This document shows positions 38,541 to 46,699 of a stretch of 64,000 bases of DNA, piece after piece. Position 1 is the first letter of the stretch; the number at the start of each line of letters is the position of its first letter. The notes below the pieces were generated by a model. The model did not search any database. It saw only the letters and a program-made list of their open reading frames with translations, and had not been told where the DNA came from. The position numbers were made by a program, and so were the translations under genes. The stretch comes from an uncultured bacterium (GTDB taxonomy: Bacteria > Acidobacteriota > Thermoanaerobaculia > Thermoanaerobaculales > Thermoanaerobaculaceae), in assembly GCA_937924755.1 (NCBI GenBank), contig CALEVZ010000005.1, positions 22,609 to 86,608 on the forward strand. The letters run 5' to 3'.

Positions 38541-38558
38541 TTGTGCCAAATTTCACAA
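38541..38558. promoter_or_regulatory. Candidate Rex/CRP-FNR-type operator upstream of sat (divergent with pepF)
   Basis: TTGTGCCAAATTTCACAA lies 165 nt upstream of the sat ATG. The flanking 7-mers are the same as at the site upstream of aprB (49274-49291). It lies in a locally AT-richer patch. Confidence 0.45.
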
Positions 38559-38730
38559 CCGCCGAATCGCCCGCAAGACGCCATCCCTCTAAAGCTTTGG
38601 CCATCGATGGGGGTGTCCTCCGGGTGTTCGGTTACGCCGGCGTAACGGGCGAGCAGGAACGTACCACCTCCGAGGGTTTCTGTACAATGCGGCGGCCCGG
38701 CCTAACTCGCCGGGGCGCGGGGGATGTGAG

Positions 38731-40599
38731 ATGGCGAGAATGCTGGTGGCAGGTTTGCTGTTGAGCGTGGGCATGAGTGCGATAGCGGCGGCGGCGATGC
38801 AGGAGGATGCCCGGTACCGGTGGAACCTGGACGACCTCTACCCGTCGCCGGAGGCGTTCGATCAGGCGCGCCGGCAGCTCGCCGGGCGCCTGGGCGAACT
38901 GGAGGAGGGGCGGGGCCGGCTGGGAGTCTCGGGGGCCGAGCTGGCCGCCGTACTGGAACGCATGTTTTTGTTTGCCAAGGAGTTGGGGCGGGTGTGGTCG
39001 TACGCCTCCATGCGTTCGGACGAAGACACCCGCGAGGCCGGGCCGCTGGCCGCTCGCCAGGAGGTGCAGCAGCTCGCCGTGGAGTTCGCCTCTCGCACGG
39101 CGTGGATCGCGCCGGAAATCCTGGCCCTGCCCAAGGGGCGGGTGGCCAGGATGCTCAAGGCCGAGGCGCGGCTGGCGCCCTACCGCTTCTACCTGGAGAA
39201 TCTGGAGCGGCAACGCCCCCACACCCTCTCGCCGGGGGAGGAAAAGCTCTTGGCCCAGAGCGGCACCTTGATGCGGGCTCCCTACAGCACCTATGGGATC
39301 CTCGCCAACGCCGACCTGCCGTTTCCCGAGGTGACTCTTTCCAGCGGCGAGAAGGTGCGCCTGGATCAGGCCGGGTACACGCGCTACCGGGCGTTGCCCG
39401 AGCGCGCCGATCGAATCCTGGTGTTCGGCGAGTTCTGGAAGACGTTCAAGGCCTTCGAGCGCACCTTCGGGGTGACGCTGGACGCCCAGGTGAACGCCGA
39501 TGTGTTTGCCGCGCGGGCGCGGCGCTACCCATCGGCGCTGGCCGCCTCCCTGGCCAACAACAACGTCCCCGAGGCGGTGTACCGCAGGCTCATCGCCGAG
39601 GCGCGGCAGGCCCTGCCCCTGCTGCATCGGGCCTTCCGCCTGCGCGCCCGCATGCTGGGGATCGAGGATCTCGCCTATCACGACATTTATCCGCCACTAG
39701 TCAAGGAGTTGAACCTGCGTTTCCCCATCGAGTCGGGGCAGGAGCTGGTGCTGCAGTCGCTGCGCCCCCTGGGGGAGGAGTACGTGGCGGTGGTGGCCCG
39801 CGGCTTCGGGTCGCGCTGGATGGACGTTCACCCCCGCCCGGGCAAGCGCTCCGGGGCGTACTCCAACGGTGCCGCCTACGATGTGCACCCTTACGTGCTG
39901 ATGAACTACAACGACGACTACGAGAGCGTATCCACTCTGACCCACGAGTGGGGCCACGCCATGCACTCCTACCTCGCCAACGCCGCCCAGCCCTACCCCA
40001 CCGCCGAATACTCCATCTTCATCGCCGAGGTGGCGTCCACCTTCAACGAGGCGCTGCTTTTGGACCACATGCTGCGGCAGGCGAAAAACGATGACGAGCG
40101 GTTATATTACCTCGGTTCCTACCTCGAGGGACTGCGGGGCACCTTCTTCCGCCAGACCATGTTCGCCGAGTTCGAGCTGGCCATCCACGAAGCGGTGGAG
40201 CGGGGGGAGGCTCTCACCGGCGAGCGGCTGTCGGCCCTGTACCTGGAGCTCCTGCGCCGCTACCACGGCCACGAGCAGGGAGTGGTGCGCATCGACGACG
40301 CCTACGCCGTGGAGTGGGCGTACATTCCTCACTTTTACTACAACTTCTACGTCTACCAGTACGCCACCTCGCTGGCCGCCTCGGCTCTGCTGGCCCAGCA
40401 GGTGCTGGCCGGCGAGGCCGGGGCGCGGGAGCGCTACCTGGGGCTGCTGAAGGCGGGGGGCTCCCGCTACCCCTACGAGCTGCTGGTGGAAGCCGGGGTG
40501 GACCTGGCATCGGAGGCTCCCTACCGCGCCCTGGCGATGCGGATGGCGTGGGTCTTGGACGAGATCGAGACGATCCTGGCCAAGCGCGGCGGCCGCTGA
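38731..40599 (+). CDS. pepF: Oligoendopeptidase F (M3B metallopeptidase), secreted
   Basis: 622 aa. Signal-like N-terminus, the zincin motif HEWGHAMH and a downstream E ligand region FIAEVAST. Confidence 0.85.
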   Translation: MARMLVAGLLLSVGMSAIAAAAMQEDARYRWNLDDLYPSPEAFDQARRQLAGRLGELEEGRGRLGVSGAELAAVLERMFLFAKELGRVWSYASMRSDEDTREAGPLAARQEVQQLAVEFASRTAWIAPEILALPKGRVARMLKAEARLAPYRFYLENLERQRPHTLSPGEEKLLAQSGTLMRAPYSTYGILANADLPFPEVTLSSGEKVRLDQAGYTRYRALPERADRILVFGEFWKTFKAFERTFGVTLDAQVNADVFAARARRYPSALAASLANNNVPEAVYRRLIAEARQALPLLHRAFRLRARMLGIEDLAYHDIYPPLVKELNLRFPIESGQELVLQSLRPLGEEYVAVVARGFGSRWMDVHPRPGKRSGAYSNGAAYDVHPYVLMNYNDDYESVSTLTHEWGHAMHSYLANAAQPYPTAEYSIFIAEVASTFNEALLLDHMLRQAKNDDERLYYLGSYLEGLRGTFFRQTMFAEFELAIHEAVERGEALTGERLSALYLELLRRYHGHEQGVVRIDDAYAVEWAYIPHFYYNFYVYQYATSLAASALLAQQVLAGEAGARERYLGLLKAGGSRYPYELLVEAGVDLASEAPYRALAMRMAWVLDEIETILAKRGGR

Positions 40600-40677
40600 C
40601 CCGCCGCCCGGCTTCACCTCGGCCACCGACACCGACACCGGCACGGACAGGGGGCCTCCGGAGGACGGGCGCTCTTG

Positions 40678-40735
40678 CCTGTCCGGGTGGGGGAGGGCAT
40701 GGCCGGACAGGAGTGTCTTACTTTTAGGGACACCG
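40678..40735 (+). terminator. Probable terminator hairpin between convergent pepF and qmoC
   Basis: 9-bp stem CCTGTCCGG / CCGGACAGG (40678-40686 and 40703-40711), followed by GAGTGTCTTACTTTTAG. The T-tract is only moderate. Confidence 0.4.
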
Positions 40736-40754
40736 ACGTGGGGGCTGGTGGAGT

Positions 40755-41876
40755 CTAGCGTTTCTCCAGCCCTGCCATGCGGGCGTGCACCATGGCCAGG
40801 GTGCGGTAGAGCATGTGCGCGAACTTGGAGTAGGGGAAGGTGAGGAAGAGACAGAGCACGAACCCGAGGTGGAGGATGTAGGAGGACAGGGCGAAGGACG
40901 GGGCGTGGGCAAGGCGGGCCAGTTCCACCACCATGCCGGTGGCGATCACCAGCACGACGACGCTCAAAAAGAAGGTGTCGAAGGCGGACGAGGCGCCGGC
41001 GGCCTTGCGATCCCCCAGGCGGTTGCCCACCAGGATGGCGGCGCCGACGATGAGCAGGCCGGCCGAGACGTTGCCGAGGATTTTGTAGGGGTGGTCCAGG
41101 GCCAAGGGCATGGGGAGGTGTTGGATGTACATGCCGACGATGAGCAGCCCCGAGGTCACCGCCGCCCCCACAAACCCCCACAGCAGCGTCAGGTGGCCGA
41201 GCTTGCGGGGGCGGGCGGCGCCGCAAGAGCCGAAGCGCTTGTGGGTGGCCACCTCCACAAGGGCGGGCATGAGGTTTCCGAGGAAGGACCCCGAGCGAGG
41301 ACCGGACGCCCCCAGCGCCGTCCAGAAGCGGCGCCCCGCCACCCAGGACGCCAGGATCACCCAGGCGGCCACGGGGAAGTACACGGCGTAAATGAAGGAG
41401 TGGGGCACCAGCGCGTCGTACGCCCACCCCGCTTCCAGGCCCGCTGGCGGAGTGAGGCGACCGGTCAGGCCCAGGAGGGTCACCCAGAACAGCACCGGGA
41501 GGGCGAGTAACAGTGGCCAGGTGAGGCGTGCCGCCCCCACCAGCTTGCCGAGAAAACCTGGAAAGGCGAGCTTTTCGATGGCCAGGGAACGAACCGCCCC
41601 GAGCACGTCGCCTGGCCGCGCATCCCGCGGGCAGCGCACGGTGCAGTCGTTGCACTGGTGGCACAGCCACACCGCCGGATCTGCGGCGAGCTGATCGGCC
41701 ATGCCCCACTGGGCGAGCAGCATTTGCCTGCGGGGGAAGGGCCGGGCAGCGGGTGCCAGCTCGCACACGCTGGAGCAGGTGGCGCACTGGTAGCAGCGCG
41801 CCGCAGACTCGCCGCCCCGACGGCGCAGCTGGTCGCGAAACGCGGTGGAGGGAAGCAGAGCAGGAATGGCAGCCAT
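40755..41876 (-). CDS. qmoC: Quinone-interacting membrane-bound oxidoreductase subunit C (FeS plus membrane heme-b domain)
   Basis: N-terminal CYQCATCSSVC and CHQCNDCTVRCP ferredoxin-like motifs, followed by multiple TM helices of NarI/HdrE type. I preferred ATG 41876 (GGGAG SD 5 nt upstream); a GTG at 41882 is also possible. Confidence 0.85.
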   Translation of the reverse strand: MAAIPALLPSTAFRDQLRRRGGESAARCYQCATCSSVCELAPAARPFPRRQMLLAQWGMADQLAADPAVWLCHQCNDCTVRCPRDARPGDVLGAVRSLAIEKLAFPGFLGKLVGAARLTWPLLLALPVLFWVTLLGLTGRLTPPAGLEAGWAYDALVPHSFIYAVYFPVAAWVILASWVAGRRFWTALGASGPRSGSFLGNLMPALVEVATHKRFGSCGAARPRKLGHLTLLWGFVGAAVTSGLLIVGMYIQHLPMPLALDHPYKILGNVSAGLLIVGAAILVGNRLGDRKAAGASSAFDTFFLSVVVLVIATGMVVELARLAHAPSFALSSYILHLGFVLCLFLTFPYSKFAHMLYRTLAMVHARMAGLEKR

Positions 41877-41903
41877 GGTCACTCCCTTGCGGCGGAACTC
41901 GTC

Positions 41904-44156
41904 CTAAAACCCCTTCATGGGGTTCGCACCCAGCCCCTCGATCTCGGCTGAGAACTCGTTAAAGATTTGAGGGATACGCGAAAACTCGTGGTGCGACAGC
42001 TCCACCACCTTGATGCGCTCGGGCTCCAGGGCCAGGCGGGTCAACGTTTCCTGGACGTTGCCCAGGCGCGTCTGGGCGAGCTGCGAGCCGCGCACGTAGT
42101 GGCACTGATAGTCGTCCCCCGACTTGCAGCCCACCAACAGCAGGCCGTCGATGCCCCGGGAGAGGGCGTCGGCGATCCAGACGATGTTCATGGAGCCCAG
42201 GCAGCGCAGGGGAATGACGCGAATCCACGGCGACCACTGCTGCCGCTGGGCCGCCGCCTGATCCAGGGCGGGGAGGGCGTCGTTCTCGCACATCAGGGCG
42301 ACGATGCGCGGCTTTTCCTCGAACTCCTCCGGCACGCTCATCGCCTTGATCATCGCCGAGATGCGGTCGACGCCGTAGTCGGGGAAGGAGATGATCCGTT
42401 CGGGGCAGGCGCCCATGCAGATGCCGCAGCGCCGACAGCGTAGGGGGTTGAGCTGGGGGGTGCCCTTGACGTCCTCGTTCAGGGTACCGAAGGGGCACTC
42501 CTCGGTGCAGCGCTTGCACTGGGTGCAGCGCTGCAGGAAAAAGTCGGGCATGCCCAGATCGCCGGCGCGCGGGTGCACGGCGGCGCCGCGCTTGGCGGCT
42601 TCGATGCACTGGATGGCCTTCATGGCGGCGCCCCAGCCATCTTCGGCGGCCTGCGGCGGATCCATGGGGGCGCGCACCGTGCCGGCGGCGTAAATGCCGG
42701 TGCGGCGCGTCTCGTAGGGGAAACAGATGAAGTGGGAGTCGGGGAAACCGTACTTCAGCACCGGCATGTCGGGACCCTGGCGGTACTCCAAGTGCAGGAT
42801 TTCGGTGCCCTCGTGGTGCGCCAGCTGCTCGGCGAGGGCCGCCGCGTCCCGGCGCTGCGTTTCCGAGTCGCCCTTTTCGGCGCGCACCTTGGCGTCGTGC
42901 AGGGCGCGCACCGCCTCGCCGTCGGCGGCGTTGGGGACCATGCCCACGGCCAGTACCACCAGGTCGGCCTCCAAGGTGATGTCGTTGCCAAGCAGGCTCT
43001 CCCGCAGGTGGACCTGCAGGGGCCCGCGGCCGTTGCCGCTCACCCGCTCCACCTCGCCGCGGGTGAGCATGGTGTGGGGTTGGCTCTGCACCGCCAGGTA
43101 AAAGCGCTCCAGCTGCCCCGGCGTGCGCATATCGCGGTACACGACGGCGGTCTCGATGTCGGGGTGCTGCTGATGGATGGTCGCCACCTGCCGGAGGGTG
43201 GTGCCGCAACACTCGGCGGAGCAGTAGGGCAGGTGCTGGGGGTCCCGCGAGCCGGCGCACTGGACGAAGAGAACGCGCTTGGGGAGGGCCCCGTCCCCGG
43301 GGCGCTGGAGCGAGCCCTTGGCGAGCATCTCATCCAGCTGGGCCGAGGTGATGACGTTGGGGGAGCTGCCCCAGCCCAGATGAGGCAGCCTGCCGGCGTC
43401 GTAGGGGCGAGCCCCGGTCGCCTGGATGATGGCGCCGGCCATGAACGACTTCTCCCCCTGGGGGGTGGTGAGGGTGACGGCGAACTGACCGGGCTGCCCG
43501 GCGATGTGCTGGATCCTGGCACTGGTGTAGACGGTAACGCGCTCGTCAACCTGCACCTTGGCGACCAGCTCGGCGATGCGGTTGGGGTGGAGGACGTCGT
43601 AGGGCGGACACTCGGGCAGCAGGTGGGTGAGCCCCGACATGCGCCCGCCCAGGGTGGGCGAGGACTCCACCAGCACCACCGGGTGGCCGGCGGCAGCGGC
43701 GGCGCGAGCCGCTTCCAGGCCGGCCACCCCCCCTCCCACCACCAGGACGGTGTCGGAGATCTCGGCGGTGAAGGGTACCGGCAGGGACATCTTGGCCAGC
43801 TTGGCGATGCCCATGCGCAGGAGGTCGTCGGCCAAGAGCTGGGTGTCCTCGTGGTTGGGAGGCTGACACCACACCGCTTGCTCCCGCAGGGACACTCGTT
43901 CCACCGCCACCTTCAGCGGGTCGAAGGAAAACTCCTCCACCTTGGCGCGGGGGGAGCAGGCGGCAATTAGTACGCCGTCCACGCTGCCGTCGTCGATGGC
44001 AGCACGGATGGTGGCCACCCCTTGAGGGCTGCACAGGCAGGGGTGTACGGCGCGGTGGGCCGCCTTCTCTTCGCTGGCGGCCCTTTCTAGAGCAGCGACA
44101 TCGAGCGCCTCGCCGATGCCGCAACCGCTGCACAGGAACACTCCGATACGTTGCAT
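41904..44156 (-). CDS. qmoB: Quinone-interacting membrane-bound oxidoreductase subunit B (HdrA-like flavoprotein with MvhD-like C-terminus)
   Basis: 750 aa. IGVFLCSGCG, the FAD motif VLVVGGGVAGLEAA, two 4Fe-4S motifs (CTQCKRCTEECP, CRRCGICMGACP) and an MvhD-like tail (ALMCENDA...LRCLG). Confidence 0.9.
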   Translation of the reverse strand: MQRIGVFLCSGCGIGEALDVAALERAASEEKAAHRAVHPCLCSPQGVATIRAAIDDGSVDGVLIAACSPRAKVEEFSFDPLKVAVERVSLREQAVWCQPPNHEDTQLLADDLLRMGIAKLAKMSLPVPFTAEISDTVLVVGGGVAGLEAARAAAAAGHPVVLVESSPTLGGRMSGLTHLLPECPPYDVLHPNRIAELVAKVQVDERVTVYTSARIQHIAGQPGQFAVTLTTPQGEKSFMAGAIIQATGARPYDAGRLPHLGWGSSPNVITSAQLDEMLAKGSLQRPGDGALPKRVLFVQCAGSRDPQHLPYCSAECCGTTLRQVATIHQQHPDIETAVVYRDMRTPGQLERFYLAVQSQPHTMLTRGEVERVSGNGRGPLQVHLRESLLGNDITLEADLVVLAVGMVPNAADGEAVRALHDAKVRAEKGDSETQRRDAAALAEQLAHHEGTEILHLEYRQGPDMPVLKYGFPDSHFICFPYETRRTGIYAAGTVRAPMDPPQAAEDGWGAAMKAIQCIEAAKRGAAVHPRAGDLGMPDFFLQRCTQCKRCTEECPFGTLNEDVKGTPQLNPLRCRRCGICMGACPERIISFPDYGVDRISAMIKAMSVPEEFEEKPRIVALMCENDALPALDQAAAQRQQWSPWIRVIPLRCLGSMNIVWIADALSRGIDGLLLVGCKSGDDYQCHYVRGSQLAQTRLGNVQETLTRLALEPERIKVVELSHHEFSRIPQIFNEFSAEIEGLGANPMKGF

Positions 44157-44161
44157 GGCTG

Positions 44162-45418
44162 CTACCCCCTTCTTCCGGTGGCTGCAATGGCACGCGCCGC
44201 GGCGCCGGTGGCGTCACGTACGGAGGCGGCGACGTCCTCGGGACGCCGCGCCACGCCGGCGACGCTCAGGCCGAGGTCGTGACCGGGCAAGCCGAAGCCG
44301 TCCTCGTCCAGGAGAACCCCGAAGGGCGGGGCCTGCAGCTTGAGGTTGGACACCATGCCGGTGGCCAGTACCACCAGGTCGGCCTCGGCCTCGCTGAGCA
44401 CCCCCCGCTCCACGTCCTCCACCTTGAGCTTGAGCACGCCGTTGGTGCGGGCGATCTTGCCCACCTTCCCCTTGACGAGGCGGACGCCCTCCATGGCGGC
44501 CACCCGGGTGAGCACGTCCTCGTTGCGCCCGGGGGCGCGCCGGTCGATGTAATAGATGGTCACTTCGGCGTCGGGGAGCTGCTCTTTGACGTACACCGCC
44601 TGTTTGAGGGAGGCCAGGCAGCACACCGCCGAGCAGTAGGGCAGGTGGTTGACGTCGCGGGAGCCGGCGCACTGCACAAAGGCCACCCGCTTGGGAGCGG
44701 TGCCGTCGGAGGGGCGCAGGATCTTGCCCGCCGTGGGACCGCCGGGGGAAGCCAGCCGCTCCATGTGGACGTTGGCGATGACGTCCTGATCGAGGCCGCC
44801 CCGCAGCTCCGGAAGCTTCTCCAGGGGGTAGGGGCTCCACCCGGTGGTGACCACGACGGCGCCCACCTCCAGCGTCTCCTCGTGCGCTTGGGCGTCGAGG
44901 TCGATGGCCTGATAGGTGCAGGCGTCCACGCAGGCGCGGCAGCCGGCCGGGCAGGCGGCGCGGTCAAGGGTGAAGCGGCGCGGCCAGGCGTTACCGTGCG
45001 CCAGGCGAATCGCCTTCACCCTGGCCAGACCCAGGTTGAAGGGGTCAGCCACCTCTGCCGGACACACCGGCGAGCAGGCGCCGCAGGCGGTGCACAGCTC
45101 GTTCACGTAGGCGGGTTGGTGGCGCAGGGTGACGCTCCAGCCGGTGTCTGTCCGCCGGGCGGCGGTGACCTCGGCGTTGACGCAGACGCGCACATTGGTG
45201 TTGCGCTCCAGCCGGCGAGTGTTGATCTCCAGGCCGCAGGAGGGCGGGCACATCTTGGGGAAGTAGTGGTGAGTGCGAGTGATGCGTCCGCCCACGTAGG
45301 GTTCGCGCTCCACCAGCACCACCTTGCGCCCCGCCTCGGCGGCTTCGAGGGCGGTGGTGATGCCGGAGATCCCTGCGCCCACGACGAGCAGCGGGAGTTG
45401 CTGGGGTGCGGCACTCAT
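44162..45418 (-). CDS. qmoA: Quinone-interacting membrane-bound oxidoreductase subunit A (HdrA-like flavoprotein)
   Basis: ATG 45418 follows GGAGGACC. LLVVGAGISGITTALEAAE, CTACGACSPVCP and HdrA-type Cys motifs are present. The track ORF to 45751 is over-extended. Confidence 0.9.
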   Translation of the reverse strand: MSAAPQQLPLLVVGAGISGITTALEAAEAGRKVVLVEREPYVGGRITRTHHYFPKMCPPSCGLEINTRRLERNTNVRVCVNAEVTAARRTDTGWSVTLRHQPAYVNELCTACGACSPVCPAEVADPFNLGLARVKAIRLAHGNAWPRRFTLDRAACPAGCRACVDACTYQAIDLDAQAHEETLEVGAVVVTTGWSPYPLEKLPELRGGLDQDVIANVHMERLASPGGPTAGKILRPSDGTAPKRVAFVQCAGSRDVNHLPYCSAVCCLASLKQAVYVKEQLPDAEVTIYYIDRRAPGRNEDVLTRVAAMEGVRLVKGKVGKIARTNGVLKLKVEDVERGVLSEAEADLVVLATGMVSNLKLQAPPFGVLLDEDGFGLPGHDLGLSVAGVARRPEDVAASVRDATGAAARAIAATGRRG

Positions 45419-46218
45419 GAGGTCCTCCGTTGCGCGGGCGCCGCGGGGCGCACCGTGAGAGTGGGTTCGGCAAACAGGGCGAAGCGCAACCAACGCCAGG
45501 CGAACTCCAGCAGCGCTTCGTCGTCGCTGCGCAGTTGCTCCACCAGCTCGGCGTCGAGCTCGAAGCGTTGCAGGAAAGTGGTTTCGAAGATGAAGGAGCG
45601 GAAGGAGTCGAGGTCGTAGGCGGCGGTGAAGAACATCTCCATGCGCTTGGGATCCAAGGTGCGCCCGCCAATGAACCAGGGGTGGGAAACAATGGCGCGG
45701 TAGCCGGCCTCCCGGGCGTCGCGCTCGTCCACCCCCTGATCGGCCCGCCACTGCTCGGCGGTCCAGCGGCGGTCACCGCACCGCCCTTCGCAGAAGTCGT
45801 CCTCGAACAGGAAGTACACCGGCGCCGGCTCGACGCCGGCACGCGCCGGCGGGATGCCCATCCCCACCGGGTACATGCGGCACGCCCAGGGGCGATCCTC
45901 ATACACCGTGCACCCCTGCTCACCCACGAAGGGGCAGCTCTTGCGCTCGTCGTCGTTCATGCGCAGCATCACCACCGGCAGGTGCAGCTCCTTGGTGATG
46001 GGGGTGAGGGTGTGGCGATCCAGGAAGGTGCGCGTGGGCAGCTCCAGTCGGCGCGCCAGGCGCAGCACATCTAGCGGTGTCAGAATGATGTTAACGTCGG
46101 CGCAGCAGCGGTTGAAACAGGGCACGCCGGGATGGCAGGAAAAGGCGAAACTCTCGTGAGCCGAAAGCTGCCGCTTGCCGCGCAGCGCCTCCGGCACTTC
46201 GGTGACTGGTACGGTCAC
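45415..46218 (-). CDS. YkgJ/UPF0153-type Cys-cluster protein (putative Zn/Fe-chelating domain)
   Basis: 267 aa with FSCHPGVPCFNRCC and SCPFVGEQGCTVYEDRPWACRMYP. The GTG start overlaps the upstream stop (GTGA at 46215-46218). Its own stop overlaps the qmoA ATG (ATGA at 45415-45418). Confidence 0.65.
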   Translation of the reverse strand: MTVPVTEVPEALRGKRQLSAHESFAFSCHPGVPCFNRCCADVNIILTPLDVLRLARRLELPTRTFLDRHTLTPITKELHLPVVMLRMNDDERKSCPFVGEQGCTVYEDRPWACRMYPVGMGIPPARAGVEPAPVYFLFEDDFCEGRCGDRRWTAEQWRADQGVDERDAREAGYRAIVSHPWFIGGRTLDPKRMEMFFTAAYDLDSFRSFIFETTFLQRFELDAELVEQLRSDDEALLEFAWRWLRFALFAEPTLTVRPAAPAQRRTS

Positions 46219-46619
46219 GATGTCCCCCCCGTCCCCGAGTCGCCCTCGGGGATCACGCCAGCCTCGACCTGCCCGTCCGCCCCTCGTTGATCAGCACGGG
46301 TGGAAGTGCTGCCGAGACTCGGCGGTGGGCTCTTGGCTACGCTGCTGGCGTCATCCCCGATGATGCGATCCTTGAGGGCGTCCCGCGACCACACCGGCAG
46401 GGGCGAGGCGGCGCCGGTGCGGGGATCGACCCGGTGGCGGTAGGACGATTTCACCCCGTACTTTTCGAACATCCACACCCAGCCGCGGCGGAAGTAGGGA
46501 CAGGCGTCGTTAAAGCAAGCCAGGTGGTAGGGCTCCTGCCAGCCGGTGTTGTCAGGGAGCGCGAACTTCCTCAACGGCTCATGACAATGCGGGCAAAACG
46601 CAACTCCATCGGTAGTCAT
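46215..46619 (-). CDS. Hypothetical zinc-ribbon-like protein
   Basis: 134 aa. FCPHCHEP ... LACFNDACPYF gives four Cys in a CxxC...CxxxxC arrangement. A W/Y-rich core is followed by a Ser/Gly/Thr-rich tail. I recognise no family. Confidence 0.5.
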   Translation of the reverse strand: MTTDGVAFCPHCHEPLRKFALPDNTGWQEPYHLACFNDACPYFRRGWVWMFEKYGVKSSYRHRVDPRTGAASPLPVWSRDALKDRIIGDDASSVAKSPPPSLGSTSTRADQRGADGQVEAGVIPEGDSGTGGTS

Positions 46620-46653
46620 GACCAGGCCTCACCGGGGGGCAGTAAGGGGGGAA

Positions 46654-46683
46654 CCCCCCGGGCGCCGTGCGACGCCCGGGGGG
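46654..46683 (-). other. Intercistronic GC hairpin between aprA and the downstream genes
   Basis: Perfect 11-bp stem CCCCCCGGGCG / CGCCCGGGGGG (46654-46664 and 46673-46683) with an 8-nt loop. No U-tract follows on the transcribed (minus) strand. Confidence 0.6.
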
Positions 46684-46699
46684 GTGGGTTGTCGGGAGA

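Noticed and set aside
40600-40754. Alternative pairings (CGGACAGG ... CCTGTCCG ... CCGGACAGG) that suggest a riboswitch-like or attenuator element between pepF and qmoC.
   Set aside because: The region lies at the 3' ends of two convergent genes, so a terminator or bidirectional stop structure explains it. No downstream gene exists for it to regulate.
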